NCBI GenBank assembly: GCA_965200155.1
Contig: CBDATR010000024.1
Coordinates: 192,001 to 256,000, forward strand
Source: Nitrosopumilaceae archaeon
GTDB lineage: Archaea; Thermoproteota; Nitrososphaeria; Nitrososphaerales; Nitrosopumilaceae
DNA length: 64,000 nt
Reading direction: 5' to 3'
Position numbers and translations under genes: made by a program. Below are positions 10,263 to 21,262 of the stretch, one piece after another. The notes under the pieces were generated by a model. That model did no database searches. It saw nothing but the letters and a program-made list of their open reading frames with translations, and had not been told where the DNA came from. Within the stretch, counting starts at the first letter, position 1; each line of letters begins with the position of its first letter.

Positions 10263-10793
10263 TTGGTAATGGCTGTAATTGTGGATCTCAAATCGGTAAT
10301 TGCGGATCATCCTGATTTTCCAAAACCGGGGATTCTGTTCCACGATTTTGCCCCGCTACTTCGTTACCCAAATGCTCTTGAACAGGTTATATCTGACATA
10401 GAAAAACATATTCCATCAGAGTCTGTTGATGTGGTGGCTGGTATTGAGTCTAGGGGGTTTATCCTAGGTATGGCTATGGCTCTGCGATACAATACGGGTT
10501 TTGTAATGATACGCAAGAGTGGCAAGACACCCGGCCAGACAAAAAAGATATCTTATACCATAGAGTATGGCAGTGACACCATGGAGATAAAGCAGGACTC
10601 CATATCGGAGGGGCAGCGTGTGCTGATATGTGATGATCTGCTAGCTACTGGTGGAACTGCGCGCGCAGCTGTTGATCTTGTGGAGAGTGTTGGAGGTGTT
10701 GTTGCCGGATTGGCGTTTATAATTGAGCTTGAGGATCTTGGCGGCCGTCAACTTATATCTTATAATACCCACAGTGTGATCACTTATCCATGA
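10263..10793 (+). CDS. apt: Adenine phosphoribosyltransferase
   Basis: DFPKPGILF.D, GIESRGF, VLICDDLLATGGT; exact start uncertain. Confidence 0.95.
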   Translation: MVMAVIVDLKSVIADHPDFPKPGILFHDFAPLLRYPNALEQVISDIEKHIPSESVDVVAGIESRGFILGMAMALRYNTGFVMIRKSGKTPGQTKKISYTIEYGSDTMEIKQDSISEGQRVLICDDLLATGGTARAAVDLVESVGGVVAGLAFIIELEDLGGRQLISYNTHSVITYP

Positions 10794-11572
10794 TAGAGAT
10801 AGGTATATTCGGCGGTACCGGTGTATATGATCTCAGTGCACTAAAGAATGTGGAGCACATAAAACACACTACGCCATATGGTGATCCTTCTGATGAAATT
10901 GTGACCGGTACTTTCAAGGGCAGGCGTGTCGGTTTCCTTCCGCGACATGGTCGCAAGCATAGCATAGCGCCACATATGATAAACTATCGTGCTAATATAC
11001 GAGCCTTTGCGGATTTGGGTGCAACCAGAATAATATCACCATCGGCAGTTGGCAGCCTAAAGCAGGAGATAAAACCAGGCCATCTGGCACTACCCTCCCA
11101 GTTTATAGACAACACAAAATCCCGCATAACCTCGTTCACCGATATAGATAGTGTAATTCACATATCCGCGGCCGATCCTTTCTGTCCCGAGTTACAGGAA
11201 CATGTAAGAAACGCGATTCGGGAGCGCAACATGACCCTTCACAATAACTGTACCTATGTGTGCATAGAGGGTCCGAGGTTTTCCACACGAGCTGAATCTC
11301 ACATGTATCGCAGTATCGGCGCAGACATAATTGGCATGACATTGGTGCCTGAGTGTCCATTGGCTAGGGAGGCTAGGCTGTGTTACGTATCATTATCCAT
11401 GGTGACAGATTATGATGTATGGGCTGATCAACCAGTGACTACCAAGGAGATAATATCGATCATATCAAGTAACGCCCAACATTTCAAGGAAGTACTAGAG
11501 ACACTGGTGGGTAGTATCCCTCGTAACCGTGAATGTTCGTGCGCTCATGCACTGGATGATGCCACGTTTTAG
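10790..11572 (+). CDS. mtnP: 5'-methylthioadenosine phosphorylase
   Basis: GIFGGTG, TPYG.PS, PRHG, EGPRFST.AES, VTDYD. Confidence 0.93.
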   Translation: MIEIGIFGGTGVYDLSALKNVEHIKHTTPYGDPSDEIVTGTFKGRRVGFLPRHGRKHSIAPHMINYRANIRAFADLGATRIISPSAVGSLKQEIKPGHLALPSQFIDNTKSRITSFTDIDSVIHISAADPFCPELQEHVRNAIRERNMTLHNNCTYVCIEGPRFSTRAESHMYRSIGADIIGMTLVPECPLAREARLCYVSLSMVTDYDVWADQPVTTKEIISIISSNAQHFKEVLETLVGSIPRNRECSCAHALDDATF

Positions 11573-11847
11573 CTATCTGCAAAACTTTCCCGTTGCAGTC
11601 CTGGGGGCAAATTAAGATTTCCGTGAACCAAGTCCCGCTGCAGTACGTCGATTATGTCATCAGGATCATGTTTGCGCACTCTAAGTTGGTGAACAGTATC
11701 GTCAGTAAGTTTGACTCCAATGTTCTGGCCCCCAATCCTGCCAAAAGCAATGGCCGTGAACTCAAATGAGTGCCCATCTATGCTAAAGTGGCCTGCAATC
11801 TTTGCCGCCATTTGATTTCCGTCCACCGACTCGATATCTATCTTCAT
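11569..11847 (-). CDS. Hypothetical protein
   Basis: Last gene of an overlapping minus-strand run 12809-11569; IAFGRIGGQN. Confidence 0.7.
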   Translation of the reverse strand: MKIDIESVDGNQMAAKIAGHFSIDGHSFEFTAIAFGRIGGQNIGVKLTDDTVHQLRVRKHDPDDIIDVLQRDLVHGNLNLPPGLQRESFADS

Positions 11848-12275
11848 ATCTCTACCGCTTGGTTTATGTGCTCATCCACCAAAAAGCTCCAGTAGCCATC
11901 TTCCACAACCGAATAGTCCTCTACACAAAGATCCACTATCTTCTCGTCTATGCGCTCATGCTGTATCTTTCCACTCTCTGGTAGCCGCACCAAGGACCAT
12001 CTGTCCTTGCCCTTTTGCTGCTTTGACACTAAAACCCCCCACTTTTCATCATCTGCTATGTAAGGCATGCCCACTATGTCTGCAATGGCCTCTATGCCCA
12101 ACTGTTTTTCCTCACAGAACCGCTTTTTACACACGCCACAGCGCCATACATCCACCGAGCCTATGGTTCGCTCTTGTATGTTTATGTTGATGACCCCAAA
12201 ATATACCGGCTGATGGTTACATGACTCCAACACCAGTAACTCCCGTTCAACTTTATTTAGTCCTTGCATCATCAT
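11844..12275 (-). CDS. Hypothetical protein with CxxC
   Basis: WRCGVCKKRFCEE; translational coupling to neighbours. Confidence 0.72.
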   Translation of the reverse strand: MMMQGLNKVERELLVLESCNHQPVYFGVININIQERTIGSVDVWRCGVCKKRFCEEKQLGIEAIADIVGMPYIADDEKWGVLVSKQQKGKDRWSLVRLPESGKIQHERIDEKIVDLCVEDYSVVEDGYWSFLVDEHINQAVEI

Positions 12276-12597
12276 AGGGTTGCTCTAGGGCAACCCCTAT
12301 ACTGTCCACATTCTTGTTTCGCCCAAAGGGAATGTCCTTGCTCTCGCACATACGGCGATACATGTTTACTGCTGTGAAGCGCGGATGCATTGCCTCGTAT
12401 TCTGTAGCACTGTACTCTATGAATGCGCCTAGGAGCACTAGCGATTCAGCGGCACTCTTGGCCTGACTCTCGGATACATCTAAGTGCCTGGCCATGGTTG
12501 GGCAGTCCATTTTGCCTTGTGTAGTTACCAGCATATACAGGTCTGTCTGCATGTCCGTAAGTCCGATGTCCTTGATCAGGATATCTCTTACACTCAT
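12253..12597 (-). CDS. TrmB-like helix-turn-helix protein
   Basis: IGLT..Q..LY..L...G...C..MA..L pattern; EAMHPRF. Confidence 0.7.
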   Translation of the reverse strand: MSVRDILIKDIGLTDMQTDLYMLVTTQGKMDCPTMARHLDVSESQAKSAAESLVLLGAFIEYSATEYEAMHPRFTAVNMYRRMCESKDIPFGRNKNVDSIGVALEQPYDDARTK

Positions 12598-12809
12598 TTC
12601 TCCGGATCTCTCTTTACTAGGAATCGCTTTGCAAACTTTATGGAGAGGATCATTGCAATAAAGTGGACAGATGATCCTGCAATGGCTGACACAATAAGAT
12701 CATCAAGGATGAGCCACATGACCAGAAATACGGTAATGGAGGGAACTGTTGCAATCGCTCCTATGGCGCTTCCCCGAATGAGTATGTCCTTGCCGCTGAG
12801 ATTTGCCAT
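12594..12809 (-). CDS. Small two-TM membrane protein
   Basis: Two hydrophobic helices; overlaps the next start. Confidence 0.7.
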   Translation of the reverse strand: MANLSGKDILIRGSAIGAIATVPSITVFLVMWLILDDLIVSAIAGSSVHFIAMILSIKFAKRFLVKRDPEK

Positions 12810-12985
12810 GACATGGGAAGAGTTGTCGGGTAATTAAAATTACCATGTCCCATGGTTCTGGTTCCACCGGATTGATGTGCTTTCATACCAATAACTGGGC
12901 GCCCCTCATCTATCTCCCTCTTGCGACATCCTGTATAATGATGGCAAAAGCGTAACCTAGAGAGACTTGATTACCACACATGATT

Positions 12986-13127
12986 GTAACCGTTTAGGTC
13001 GCGTAAAAGATCAGATGTCTAGGCGATAAATCCATGGACATGTGTGAGATGGTATGACAGAAAAAGCAAGGGCGGATATGTTCGCGGTGTATTTTGAACG
13101 GTTGCCTAGGTGAACCTAAACAGTTAC
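12986..13127. mobile_element. MITE family B (IS66-like GTAAC ends), 142 bp, degenerate
   Basis: GTAACCGTTTAGGT ... ACCTAAACAGTTAC; interior similar to 63646-63787; TSD eroded. Confidence 0.8.
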
Positions 13128-13293
13128 TACATAATTTGTTACATGATTCACTTTGCTCATCACTTATGGTGGCCAGGAATGCGCTTCTTGACATACGCTG
13201 GAGTGCCAGAATCGTGCACCAAACTATTCGCATCCTGATTTATGCATATTATTTTACACGAAGACTTATGGAATACACCATACAGGATTCTTT

Positions 13294-13923
13294 GTGGAGT
13301 CGTATCTGGAGATTGTACTGAATCTGGTAGGCTTTGCCGTAGGATTGACCATTGGCATCATGTCACTGATAGGATATCGTAACACTGCGAGTCCAACCAT
13401 GCTGCGTCTGTCCTTGGCATTTTTGCTGGTGTCTGCCGGATTTGTGGTGGTGTGGTTGGGCTATATGGGCGGCATACTGCCTTCTAGGCCCGGGCAACCC
13501 GGATGGTGGTTGGTAACGCTGGGGATTGGAGTTCAGACTGTGGGATACTTCTTTATCGCATTCTCTCATGGCATAAAGTCATTCTTCCCAAAGTCGCGAT
13601 ACCTAAGAAGTGTGGTCACATTTCCATTGTTCATAGTATCCTCGGTGCAGGCTGAGCACATACTGCGCTCCATATCGTTTATCTTGCTGTCTTATGGCGC
13701 CATTGAGACCATACTGTCATATCTAGAACGCAGAAACCGCGGTGCACTCTGGGTATCCTGCGGTCTTGGAATGTTGGCACTGGGAGAGTTTTTGGGATGG
13801 TATTCTGCAATATTTCCGGATTCGTTGCTGTATCCCGCATCACTGGTTATAAAAATAGGCGGCCTAGTGGCCCTGTTTGTGCCCATAAGCAAAATCCCGT
13901 TCCAGCGTATACGGCTGGAGTAG
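13294..13923 (+). CDS. Polytopic membrane protein
   Basis: About 6-7 hydrophobic segments. Confidence 0.75.
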   Translation: MESYLEIVLNLVGFAVGLTIGIMSLIGYRNTASPTMLRLSLAFLLVSAGFVVVWLGYMGGILPSRPGQPGWWLVTLGIGVQTVGYFFIAFSHGIKSFFPKSRYLRSVVTFPLFIVSSVQAEHILRSISFILLSYGAIETILSYLERRNRGALWVSCGLGMLALGEFLGWYSAIFPDSLLYPASLVIKIGGLVALFVPISKIPFQRIRLE

Positions 13924-13984
13924 AGCTCATGCAGTATGGGTTAAACGATCCGAATATTTTCATACTTCTGTAGCATGGTATGAC

Positions 13985-14254
13985 ATGACCAAAAGTATAA
14001 CCCGTATACAGCTAATGTGCGAGATATTGACCTATACAGAGAATGAAGTTATGGTTGTGGACTTGAGTCGAGAATCCGGCGCATCTCGTCGCAGAGTATA
14101 CAGAACACTGCAAACGCTAGTCGAATGTGGTTTGATAAAGCAGCTTTACAGCCAATCCGGCGGAAGATACCGCATAAGTCCGCTGGGTCGACACTTTCTG
14201 AAAGAGTACAATTTGTTCCGGACATTCACAGAAAAATACGGCCTACCAATGTAG
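13985..14254 (+). CDS. Winged-helix DNA-binding protein
   Basis: TRIQLMCEIL...L..LVECGLI...YRISPLGRHFL..Y archaeal wHTH pattern. Confidence 0.8.
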   Translation: MTKSITRIQLMCEILTYTENEVMVVDLSRESGASRRRVYRTLQTLVECGLIKQLYSQSGGRYRISPLGRHFLKEYNLFRTFTEKYGLPM

Positions 14255-14259
14255 ACGTA

Positions 14260-14514
14260 TCATTGGGAAGGTGGACTGGACTGATCACATTGGGGACACC
14301 CAGATTCATTCAGTACACTCCCACACTGGGCGCATATGCCATGACCAATGTCTCTAAGTATCTGCCGCTGACGCATCTCGCTGAACGCCTTGATACCAAA
14401 GAATACTGCCGCGGCAATGATCATTGCATATATCGGCGCCAAGAAAGGCACTAGTCCCAATGCCAGTAATACTACACCGGCTAGCAGGATGCTGTCGCGC
14501 CTTTGAAACTTCAT
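14260..14514 (-). CDS. Small membrane protein with C-terminal zinc ribbon
   Basis: Two TM helices then CAQCG...CPQC. Confidence 0.75.
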   Translation of the reverse strand: MKFQRRDSILLAGVVLLALGLVPFLAPIYAMIIAAAVFFGIKAFSEMRQRQILRDIGHGICAQCGSVLNESGCPQCDQSSPPSQ

Positions 14515-14657
14515 GAAATAAGGATTGCTATGATATTGATAAAAATTTGGGGCTAGGACACTTGTTTTTGATCATCTACTCACAACTCTAACTCTTCCTC
14601 ATTGCCCCTGTAATGCTTGATGGGTGGGGGAAATGTGTTTTACTGTATGGTTGCTTA

Positions 14658-15510
14658 TAGCGGTCACCATAAGTCTTTGAGAACATGGCACCTCGTTCCT
14701 GGACGATACATGGCTTTGGCTTGTCACCATTATTCCCGCCCTGACGCCTCCGGTTGGTCGGGAAATGGTTCCCCCCGGACGACACGCTCTGCCACTCCTA
14801 CAGGGAAACCGGTTACTAAACGCCGCGTTGATATCGGCGTGAAATTCCTGGTTACATATTGAATGTGTCCCTAGTTGATCGTGATTTGTTGTCAACGTGT
14901 CCACACACGTGATAGGTCTGGCTCGTTGGGCGGGTAAATCGCCCCCTCGTGTATCTCGCTGGCACAGCCACCAATTCAATCCCCAGTGCCTCGCACTTTT
15001 GTACTACTTTCCGGCGGAACTAGCCTACCCGGTTCTCGCGCATGGAGCGGTTCATTGTTATTTTGTGGTTCTCGCCATGACTGGTCATTACTTTCGGTGA
15101 TAAATCCTCTAGTACTACCTTGCCTGCACCTTTGGTGACCGCGCGGACTACTCTATTCATGGAGTCGTTCGCGATATTATTCGCTTTCTGTCGTAGTTGA
15201 ATGATTTTCTTCTCAATCTTTCGCTTCCTGCGCTTACCTTTTCGCGTTCTAATACTCTGGAGTGCGCTAATCTCCCGTAATATGGAACGATGTCTCATGT
15301 TATGGATCATCGTGTTCCCGTTGGTGTCAGCTGTTACAGCTAGATGTTTCCTGCCGACACCCACGCCGCGAACAACGCCGGTCGATGGTTTCTCCCGTAT
15401 ATTGATGTGAATCTCGAATTGACGCTCCCTGCTCTTGTTAACTCGTTCCGCTATCTTGAATGAGCGTATGTCCCAAGAATGATCGATTGGTTTGGTTGTT
15501 CTCACCACAC
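14658..15510 (-). pseudogene. tnpB: 3' half of TIR-bounded tnpB element, second copy
   Basis: Near-identical to 4983-5835, same ACCACAC junction with IS481; TA outside the TIR. Confidence 0.85.
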
Positions 15511-15550
15511 TCAATAGTACGAAAAGTCCGCTTAGGATCCGGCGTACAGT

Positions 15551-15659
15551 AGTTCATATTGCACAAGCCACGAAAGGCTATGGTAAAATTCTAGCAGTCA
15601 GTTGCTGACCATGCGTGTACGAAGTTCATATTGCACAAGCCACGAAAGGCTATGGTAAA
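15551..15659. repeat. 37-bp direct repeat x2 around a 35-bp unique insert (CRISPR-like unit)
   Basis: AGTTCATATTGCACAAGCCACGAAAGGCTATGGTAAA at 15551-15587 and 15623-15659. Confidence 0.92.
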
Positions 15660-16347
15660 GAGAATAACAGAGGAATCAAGACAAAAGAGGTGTTGCCGCC
15701 ACCAACATCTCAAGACCTGAAACAAGACACGTACGAAGATTGTGAACCAGAGAACGGGAACGACTCGAGTAAAGATGGGCAGGCCCATGATACCAATCAC
15801 CGACACCCAGATACGAATGGTAACTGAAGCATACAGGAAGTATCCCATAGGAGTAGTACGTATTGCAAAGAGGCTTAGACAGAATTACAATATATCGCTC
15901 AGTATATCGCATAATGAAAAAGAACGGTACGACAGTCTCATCACCTGCAAAGTCAGAGTGTGTGCGCTATGAGCGTAAATATTCCAATGCAATGTGGCAC
16001 TGGCATGTCATGAAAAGATGAGCGCTTCGAGGGACTGAATCTCATAGATGATGCATCCAGGTGTATAGTCGGAGCGGCACTATTTGAGCATGCAACCTCA
16101 GAGAACGCCGCTCTATTACTGAGACTGGCAATGAAACGATTCGGCGCCCCTGCATCTCGGATAACGGCGCGTGTTTCGTAGGGAAATAAAAGGGCAAAAA
16201 GAACTGGAAACCCACTATTCTAGGAAGAACTGCTGAATCAAGACATCGTACTAATCAATTCTAGACCATACCACCCGCAGACAAATGGCAAACTGGAGCG
16301 CTTCCATGGAATGATTGAGGACGAGATATGGCATTATGACAGTCTCC

Positions 16348-16439
16348 GTATGAGTTCACGTCTTCCGGAATCTTATGCACAAATCACATTAACTGTCGCG
16401 ATCAGTTATGCGTAAATTTAGACACAGGTGAACTCATAC
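16348..16439. mobile_element. MITE family A, 92 bp, nested in IS481 copy 2
   Basis: 12-bp TIR; TSD CAGTCTCC; other IS copies show the empty site. Confidence 0.96.
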
Positions 16440-16617
16440 CAGTCTCCGGGATTATGTTGACTACTACAATGAGAGAAGATTGCACTTCTCACTGGATAGA
16501 TAACGGCGAAACGCCGCTTCAGGAATAAAAAGGCGACCCAGACAATTAGGGCAAATGATGCAAAATGGATGGAGCGGGATGCCAATGACTAGCGGACCGA
16601 CTTTTCATACATTACAA

Positions 16618-17013
16618 CTAAACCTTGGAGAGATGTATATGTACAATCTTCCATGTGTCTTTTCTTATCAGAACAAAGGTGGCCCTACCATCTATGGTTA
16701 TGTACTCGCCGGTGTAATTCTTGTTATCCACCAACATGCCCTTCTGCCTCAATTGTGTAGCGACTATTGCCGTATCCCCAAATATACTGACCTTTGGATT
16801 AATCAACGAATAGTCATAATCAGATATGCTGACAAAACGGAGCTCCTCTAGCATTAGCGTAGTGGTAAAGTCCTTCATGTCGTACGGCGGAACATCACTA
16901 AAGCTGGTGAACCGTGAGTCGTTTAGTTGTAGCGATTTGAGCATGGCAATATTTTTCGATACGCCAACATCAAAGAACGACTCCACTATCTCCAGCACAG
17001 CAGCCTCCGACAT
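16618..17013 (-). CDS. SnoaL/NTF2-like protein
   Basis: PKVSIFGDTAIV, GRATFVL...WKIVHIHLS. Confidence 0.85.
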   Translation of the reverse strand: MSEAAVLEIVESFFDVGVSKNIAMLKSLQLNDSRFTSFSDVPPYDMKDFTTTLMLEELRFVSISDYDYSLINPKVSIFGDTAIVATQLRQKGMLVDNKNYTGEYITIDGRATFVLIRKDTWKIVHIHLSKV

Positions 17014-17087
17014 GCTAGGAAATTGGTATAAGGGGGTTTTTGTGTTTTCTGTTTGCTAGAAACGTAATCGATTAGGACGCTCAAGTA

Positions 17088-18645
17088 TAGCACTCACCAT
17101 AAGTCTTTGTAGGGTATGAGACCGTACTTATATATAACTACTACTAGAGTAAAACCATAAATAACATAATTCAGACCGTCATTATACCGTTGAAGAGTGA
17201 TAGAGAGTTCTCCCTGCGCGCCAAGATGTTTGGTTACACATCCGATTATGTCTAATAGAGCGGTGTCCGAGATCACGCTGGGTGGTTACTACATACCCGG
17301 AACCACTCTTGAATTGAAGCATGATCCGGCCAAGGTCAAGAATAAGAACGAGTCCGCCAAGTCACCATATGGCCTAAAGAAGGGTGTGATTCATTATACG
17401 TGAATCAGCTACCGCGTTCTAGAACGGCTATCAGGGGACGGTTTACCCGTCCAACAAGAATTGTTTGTTCCTGGAATTGACAAAGTGGCGCCGTGATATT
17501 GAATGGGTGCGTGAGTTACAAGCTAACTATGGCTGGGGTGCCATACTACAGGCGTCTGTCGCGTGCAGGCGCGCGTACGAGGATCATTCTAATTACATAC
17601 CACACCGGCGTGACAGATCATACTATCATGTGTAAGACCACCAATCCGCCGCGGTGAGTTAGAGTTGAACCTGTGCGGTTTTGGTGTGGTGAGAACAACC
17701 AAACCAATCGATCATTCTTGGGACATGCGCTCATTCTAGTGGAACAAGTAACCAATAGTAGGGAGCGTCAATTCGAGATTCACATCAATATACGGGAGAA
17801 ACCATCGACCGGCGTTGTTTGCGGCGCGGATGTCAGCGGGAAACATCTAGCTGTAACAGCTGACACCAACGGGAACACGATGATCCATAACATGAGACAT
17901 CGTTCCATATTACGGGAGATTAGCGCACTCCAGAGTATTAGAACGCGAAGGGGTAAGCGCAGGAAGCGAAAGATTGAGAAGAAAATCATTCAACTACGAG
18001 AGAGAGCGAATAATATCGCGAACGACTCCATGAATAGAGTAGTCCGCGCGGTCACCGAAGGTGCAGGCAAGGTAGTACTAGAGGATTTATCACCGAAAGC
18101 AATGACCAGTCATGGCGGGAACTGGAAAAGAACAATGAACGTATGAGTTCACCTGTGTCTAAATTTACGCACAACTGATGGAACAGGTTGTTCTAGTTAA
18201 TGTGATTTGTGCACAAGATTCCGGAAGACGTGAACTCATACCAATGAACCGCTCCATGCGCGAGAACCGGGTAGGCTAGTTCCGCCGGAAAGTAGTACAA
18301 AAGTGCGAGGCACTAGGAATTGAATTGGCGGCTGTGCCAGCGAGATACACGAGGGGGCGATTTACCCGCCCAACGAGCCAGACCTATCACGTGTGTGGAC
18401 ACGTTGACAACAAATCACGATCAACTAGGGACACATTCAATATGTAACCAGGAATTTCACGCCGATATCAACGCGGCGTTTAGTAACCGGTTTCCCTGTA
18501 GGAGTGGCAGAGCGTGTCGTCCGGGGGTGGGGAACCATTTCCCGACCAACCGGAGGCGTCAGGGCGGGAATAATGGTGACAAGCCAAAGCCAGGTACTGT
18601 CCAGGAACGAGGTGCCATGTTCTCAAAGACTTATGGTGACCGCTA
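17088..18645 (+). mobile_element. tnpB: Full-length TIR-bounded element carrying a tnpB pseudogene, TA on both flanks
   Basis: TA-TAGCACTCACCATAAGTCTTTG ... CAAAGACTTATGGTGACCGCTA-TA; RuvC motifs GADVS, VVLEDL, ADINAA; no transposase inside. Confidence 0.85.
18141..18241. mobile_element. MITE family A, 101-bp variant, nested in tnpB
   Basis: 12-bp TIR; TSD CAATGAAC. Confidence 0.96.
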
Positions 18646-18650
18646 TAGTG

Positions 18651-20138
18651 TCAACCCTCAATACAGTCCATTCCAAACTCGCTACAGAGAATTAGGTGTA
18701 TATCCTCGATAACCTTGCCCTGCTTGAATGGTGTTATAAAGTCCACATCTATATTGTATAATAGTAATGCCTTCTCCCGCTCAAGACCAAGATCTATGTA
18801 ATAATCCATGGCAACTCCATTACAGTTAATCGTGCAACTATTCAGGTATGACAGCGTTTGCCAGAAGGGATCACTTACATACAGGTCCAAGTCAAGCACG
18901 TTCCCGGATTTTATGGCTTGCCTACTTGCTTCGAATAGTTGATCAACTCTGTACAGGTTATCCGGGCCACCAACCATTTCTGCCAATGCATCATCTATGG
19001 ATGACACAGAATCAAGTTTTTCGTATTGGGCTTCATACTTTTTGATCAAGTACTTGAAGTATAGTGTCTCGGCTTTTGTGTCATATGAAACAGAATCATC
19101 TAACAGTTCTGCCTTCTTGGCTACATGGGCAACAACGCAATCAGAGAATGGCATCCCGCCAAGAAAGTCATACCAGAACTGACTCATTACTTCTGCATGT
19201 TGATCTTGAATCATTTCAAGAGAAGATCCTGGCGGCGGAGGAGTGTAGGAATTGACATTGGTAAAATCGCCGTCTAGCAGAGGCGGGTTGTAGGGACTTG
19301 TGCAAGTGGGCGGATCCACTGTGAAGGAAGACTGCGCAAGTACCACATCAAGATCTGACACACTTGTAACAAAAGCAGTGTAATCACCATCATTCAGTGG
19401 CGACGTTACAGTGATGGTATTATTGATTGAAGATTGGGGAAGTACAGTCTGACTACCATCAGACTGTATGAACGTGTAGAAGGGGCCAATATCTGAAGTA
19501 TCCCAAGACAATGTCACCATTTCGATGCCTGTATCGGTGTAATCAACACTGCTATTAACAACAGGAACACTGGCAATATTTGTAAATACACCGTCGGTTT
19601 GTGGTACTGATCTCATTATATCAAAAGTAGTAATTGCGTATAGATTATTGTCGATGGCCCCTATCAGATATGCAGTATAGGAACCAATATCCAGTGGATC
19701 GCTTATGATAGCAGACGTGTCTGTACCTACCTCCAAAAGCATAACGTTGTTGTTGCCGGAATCCCTGATCTGAATCTCAAACGGGCCCGCATCAACAGTA
19801 TTCCAGGATAGAACCACAATCCCATTCGCATCGGGATCATATACGACAATACTGTTTGCTACATTATCTGAGAATGATGTAGATTCCTGGTATTCAACAT
19901 ATACTCCAGATATCTCGTTGTTTATGCGATCCATATATTTTTCGCAATCGGCGGTCTGGAAGTTGTTAGCCTTGCACGTGTTAAAATGGGCTGTGCTCTC
20001 CCTTTGTATATTATCTGCATATAACACATCCTCACCAATGGCTATACCCAAAAGCGCTATCACCACTAAGCTAGCAGATACAACAACCATCGAGTATCCT
20101 ACCTTCGCGTGGTTGCGCGGTGACTTCATTGGCGTCAA
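18651..20138 (-). CDS. Membrane-anchored hypothetical protein with two beta-rich repeats
   Basis: 495 aa, N-terminal TM, two (V/T)LSW.T.D.GPF...G.YTA modules; ends 3 bp from the tnpB element flank. Confidence 0.7.
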   Translation of the reverse strand: MTPMKSPRNHAKVGYSMVVVSASLVVIALLGIAIGEDVLYADNIQRESTAHFNTCKANNFQTADCEKYMDRINNEISGVYVEYQESTSFSDNVANSIVVYDPDANGIVVLSWNTVDAGPFEIQIRDSGNNNVMLLEVGTDTSAIISDPLDIGSYTAYLIGAIDNNLYAITTFDIMRSVPQTDGVFTNIASVPVVNSSVDYTDTGIEMVTLSWDTSDIGPFYTFIQSDGSQTVLPQSSINNTITVTSPLNDGDYTAFVTSVSDLDVVLAQSSFTVDPPTCTSPYNPPLLDGDFTNVNSYTPPPPGSSLEMIQDQHAEVMSQFWYDFLGGMPFSDCVVAHVAKKAELLDDSVSYDTKAETLYFKYLIKKYEAQYEKLDSVSSIDDALAEMVGGPDNLYRVDQLFEASRQAIKSGNVLDLDLYVSDPFWQTLSYLNSCTINCNGVAMDYYIDLGLEREKALLLYNIDVDFITPFKQGKVIEDIHLILCSEFGMDCIEG

Positions 20139-20309
20139 TCGCTAATTCACAAGATTTAATCCTTTCATGTCAGATCACGAATAGTTGCCAAGTTTCATGT
20201 ACCCTAACATTGGACCTGGCACGCTTCACATACAAGGACCACATAGTCTCAACCGCAAGACTCGGTTTACAGGAAGCTACGTACTGGACTTACCGCCCAG
20301 CAAGGATGA

Positions 20310-20560
20310 ACATGACTTTGGCTTGTCACCATTCACATTAGCGCTACGGGACTACCCGTCCGGGCAGGGAATCGGGTGTAGCCGAATTTGACACTAGTAT
20401 ATGCGACTGTTTTATCACACATTGCAAGTATTGCGTCGCGACAGAGCAAGAGCGGCATGCACTGATCCTCCGCAGGTACTGACTGCAATGATTATCCAAG
20501 TTCGCCAATACACAAATTTGCGCAAAGCTGATCGCCATTAGCCCGATTTGAACACAATGG
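20310..20560 (-). pseudogene. Diverged tnpB 3' remnant
   Basis: CTTTGGCTTGTCACCATT shared with the tnpB element 3' region; decayed Cys-rich frame; boundaries approximate. Confidence 0.45.
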
Positions 20561-20562
20561 AC

Positions 20563-20656
20563 ATTATGCAAATAGGTCTTCAAAGCAACGGAGTTCAAAA
20601 TGATCACGTATAAAAAATCCACCACTATCGTGGATTTCCTGACCTTTATGCATAAT
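20563..20656. mobile_element. MITE family C, about 94 bp
   Basis: Imperfect TIR ATTATGCAAATAGGTC / GACCTTTATGCATAAT; homologous copy at 58024-59818 is split by IS66. Confidence 0.7.
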
Positions 20657-20731
20657 CTCTAATGATTAAAGGAGGCGTACACATCCATTGTTGCACCAAA
20701 AATTAAAAGATACGTCTTACGCCATTAGCTT

Positions 20732-21262
20732 GTGAGGGGATTAATAGTGGGAAGATTCCAGCCTTTCCACCTAGGCCATCTGGAGTTAGTATACCAAACT
20801 CTTCGGGAATGTGACGAAGCAATAATTGCCGTAACAGGCTCCCAGTTTAATTATATTGACAAGAATCCATTTACTGCGGGGGAGCGAATAGACATGATAT
20901 ATGAATCCCTGCGCGATACAGAGATAGACCCAAATAGATACATGGTTTTGGGGATTGAGAATCAAAATAATGTTGCGGTTTGGGTTTCATACCTAAGAGC
21001 CGCATTACCAAAGTTTGACAGGATATACAGCGGGAATTCTTATGTATCCATGTTGTTGGCAGGGTCATACATACCAACAATACCGCCAGACTTTGTCAGG
21101 AGGGAATCTCTTAACGCAACTGCAATTAGGAATAAAATACGCGAGGGCGATAAGTGGCAATCTTTGGTGCCAGACGCGGTTGTCCGCCATCTAGAACGCA
21201 TAGGCGGTGTGGAAAGGATAAAGACCATTGGAAGCTCAGACACGGATCCTACCCGATGCTGA
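20732..21262 (+). CDS. nadM: Nicotinamide-nucleotide adenylyltransferase
   Basis: GRFQPFHLGH, NPFTAGER, W..LVP. Confidence 0.95.
   Translation: MRGLIVGRFQPFHLGHLELVYQTLRECDEAIIAVTGSQFNYIDKNPFTAGERIDMIYESLRDTEIDPNRYMVLGIENQNNVAVWVSYLRAALPKFDRIYSGNSYVSMLLAGSYIPTIPPDFVRRESLNATAIRNKIREGDKWQSLVPDAVVRHLERIGGVERIKTIGSSDTDPTRC

Larger units (their letters stand above)
15511..16616 (+). mobile_element. IS481-like element copy 2, carrying a MITE A and a 37-bp duplication with insert
   Basis: Same ends and decayed transposase as copy 1. Confidence 0.88.
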
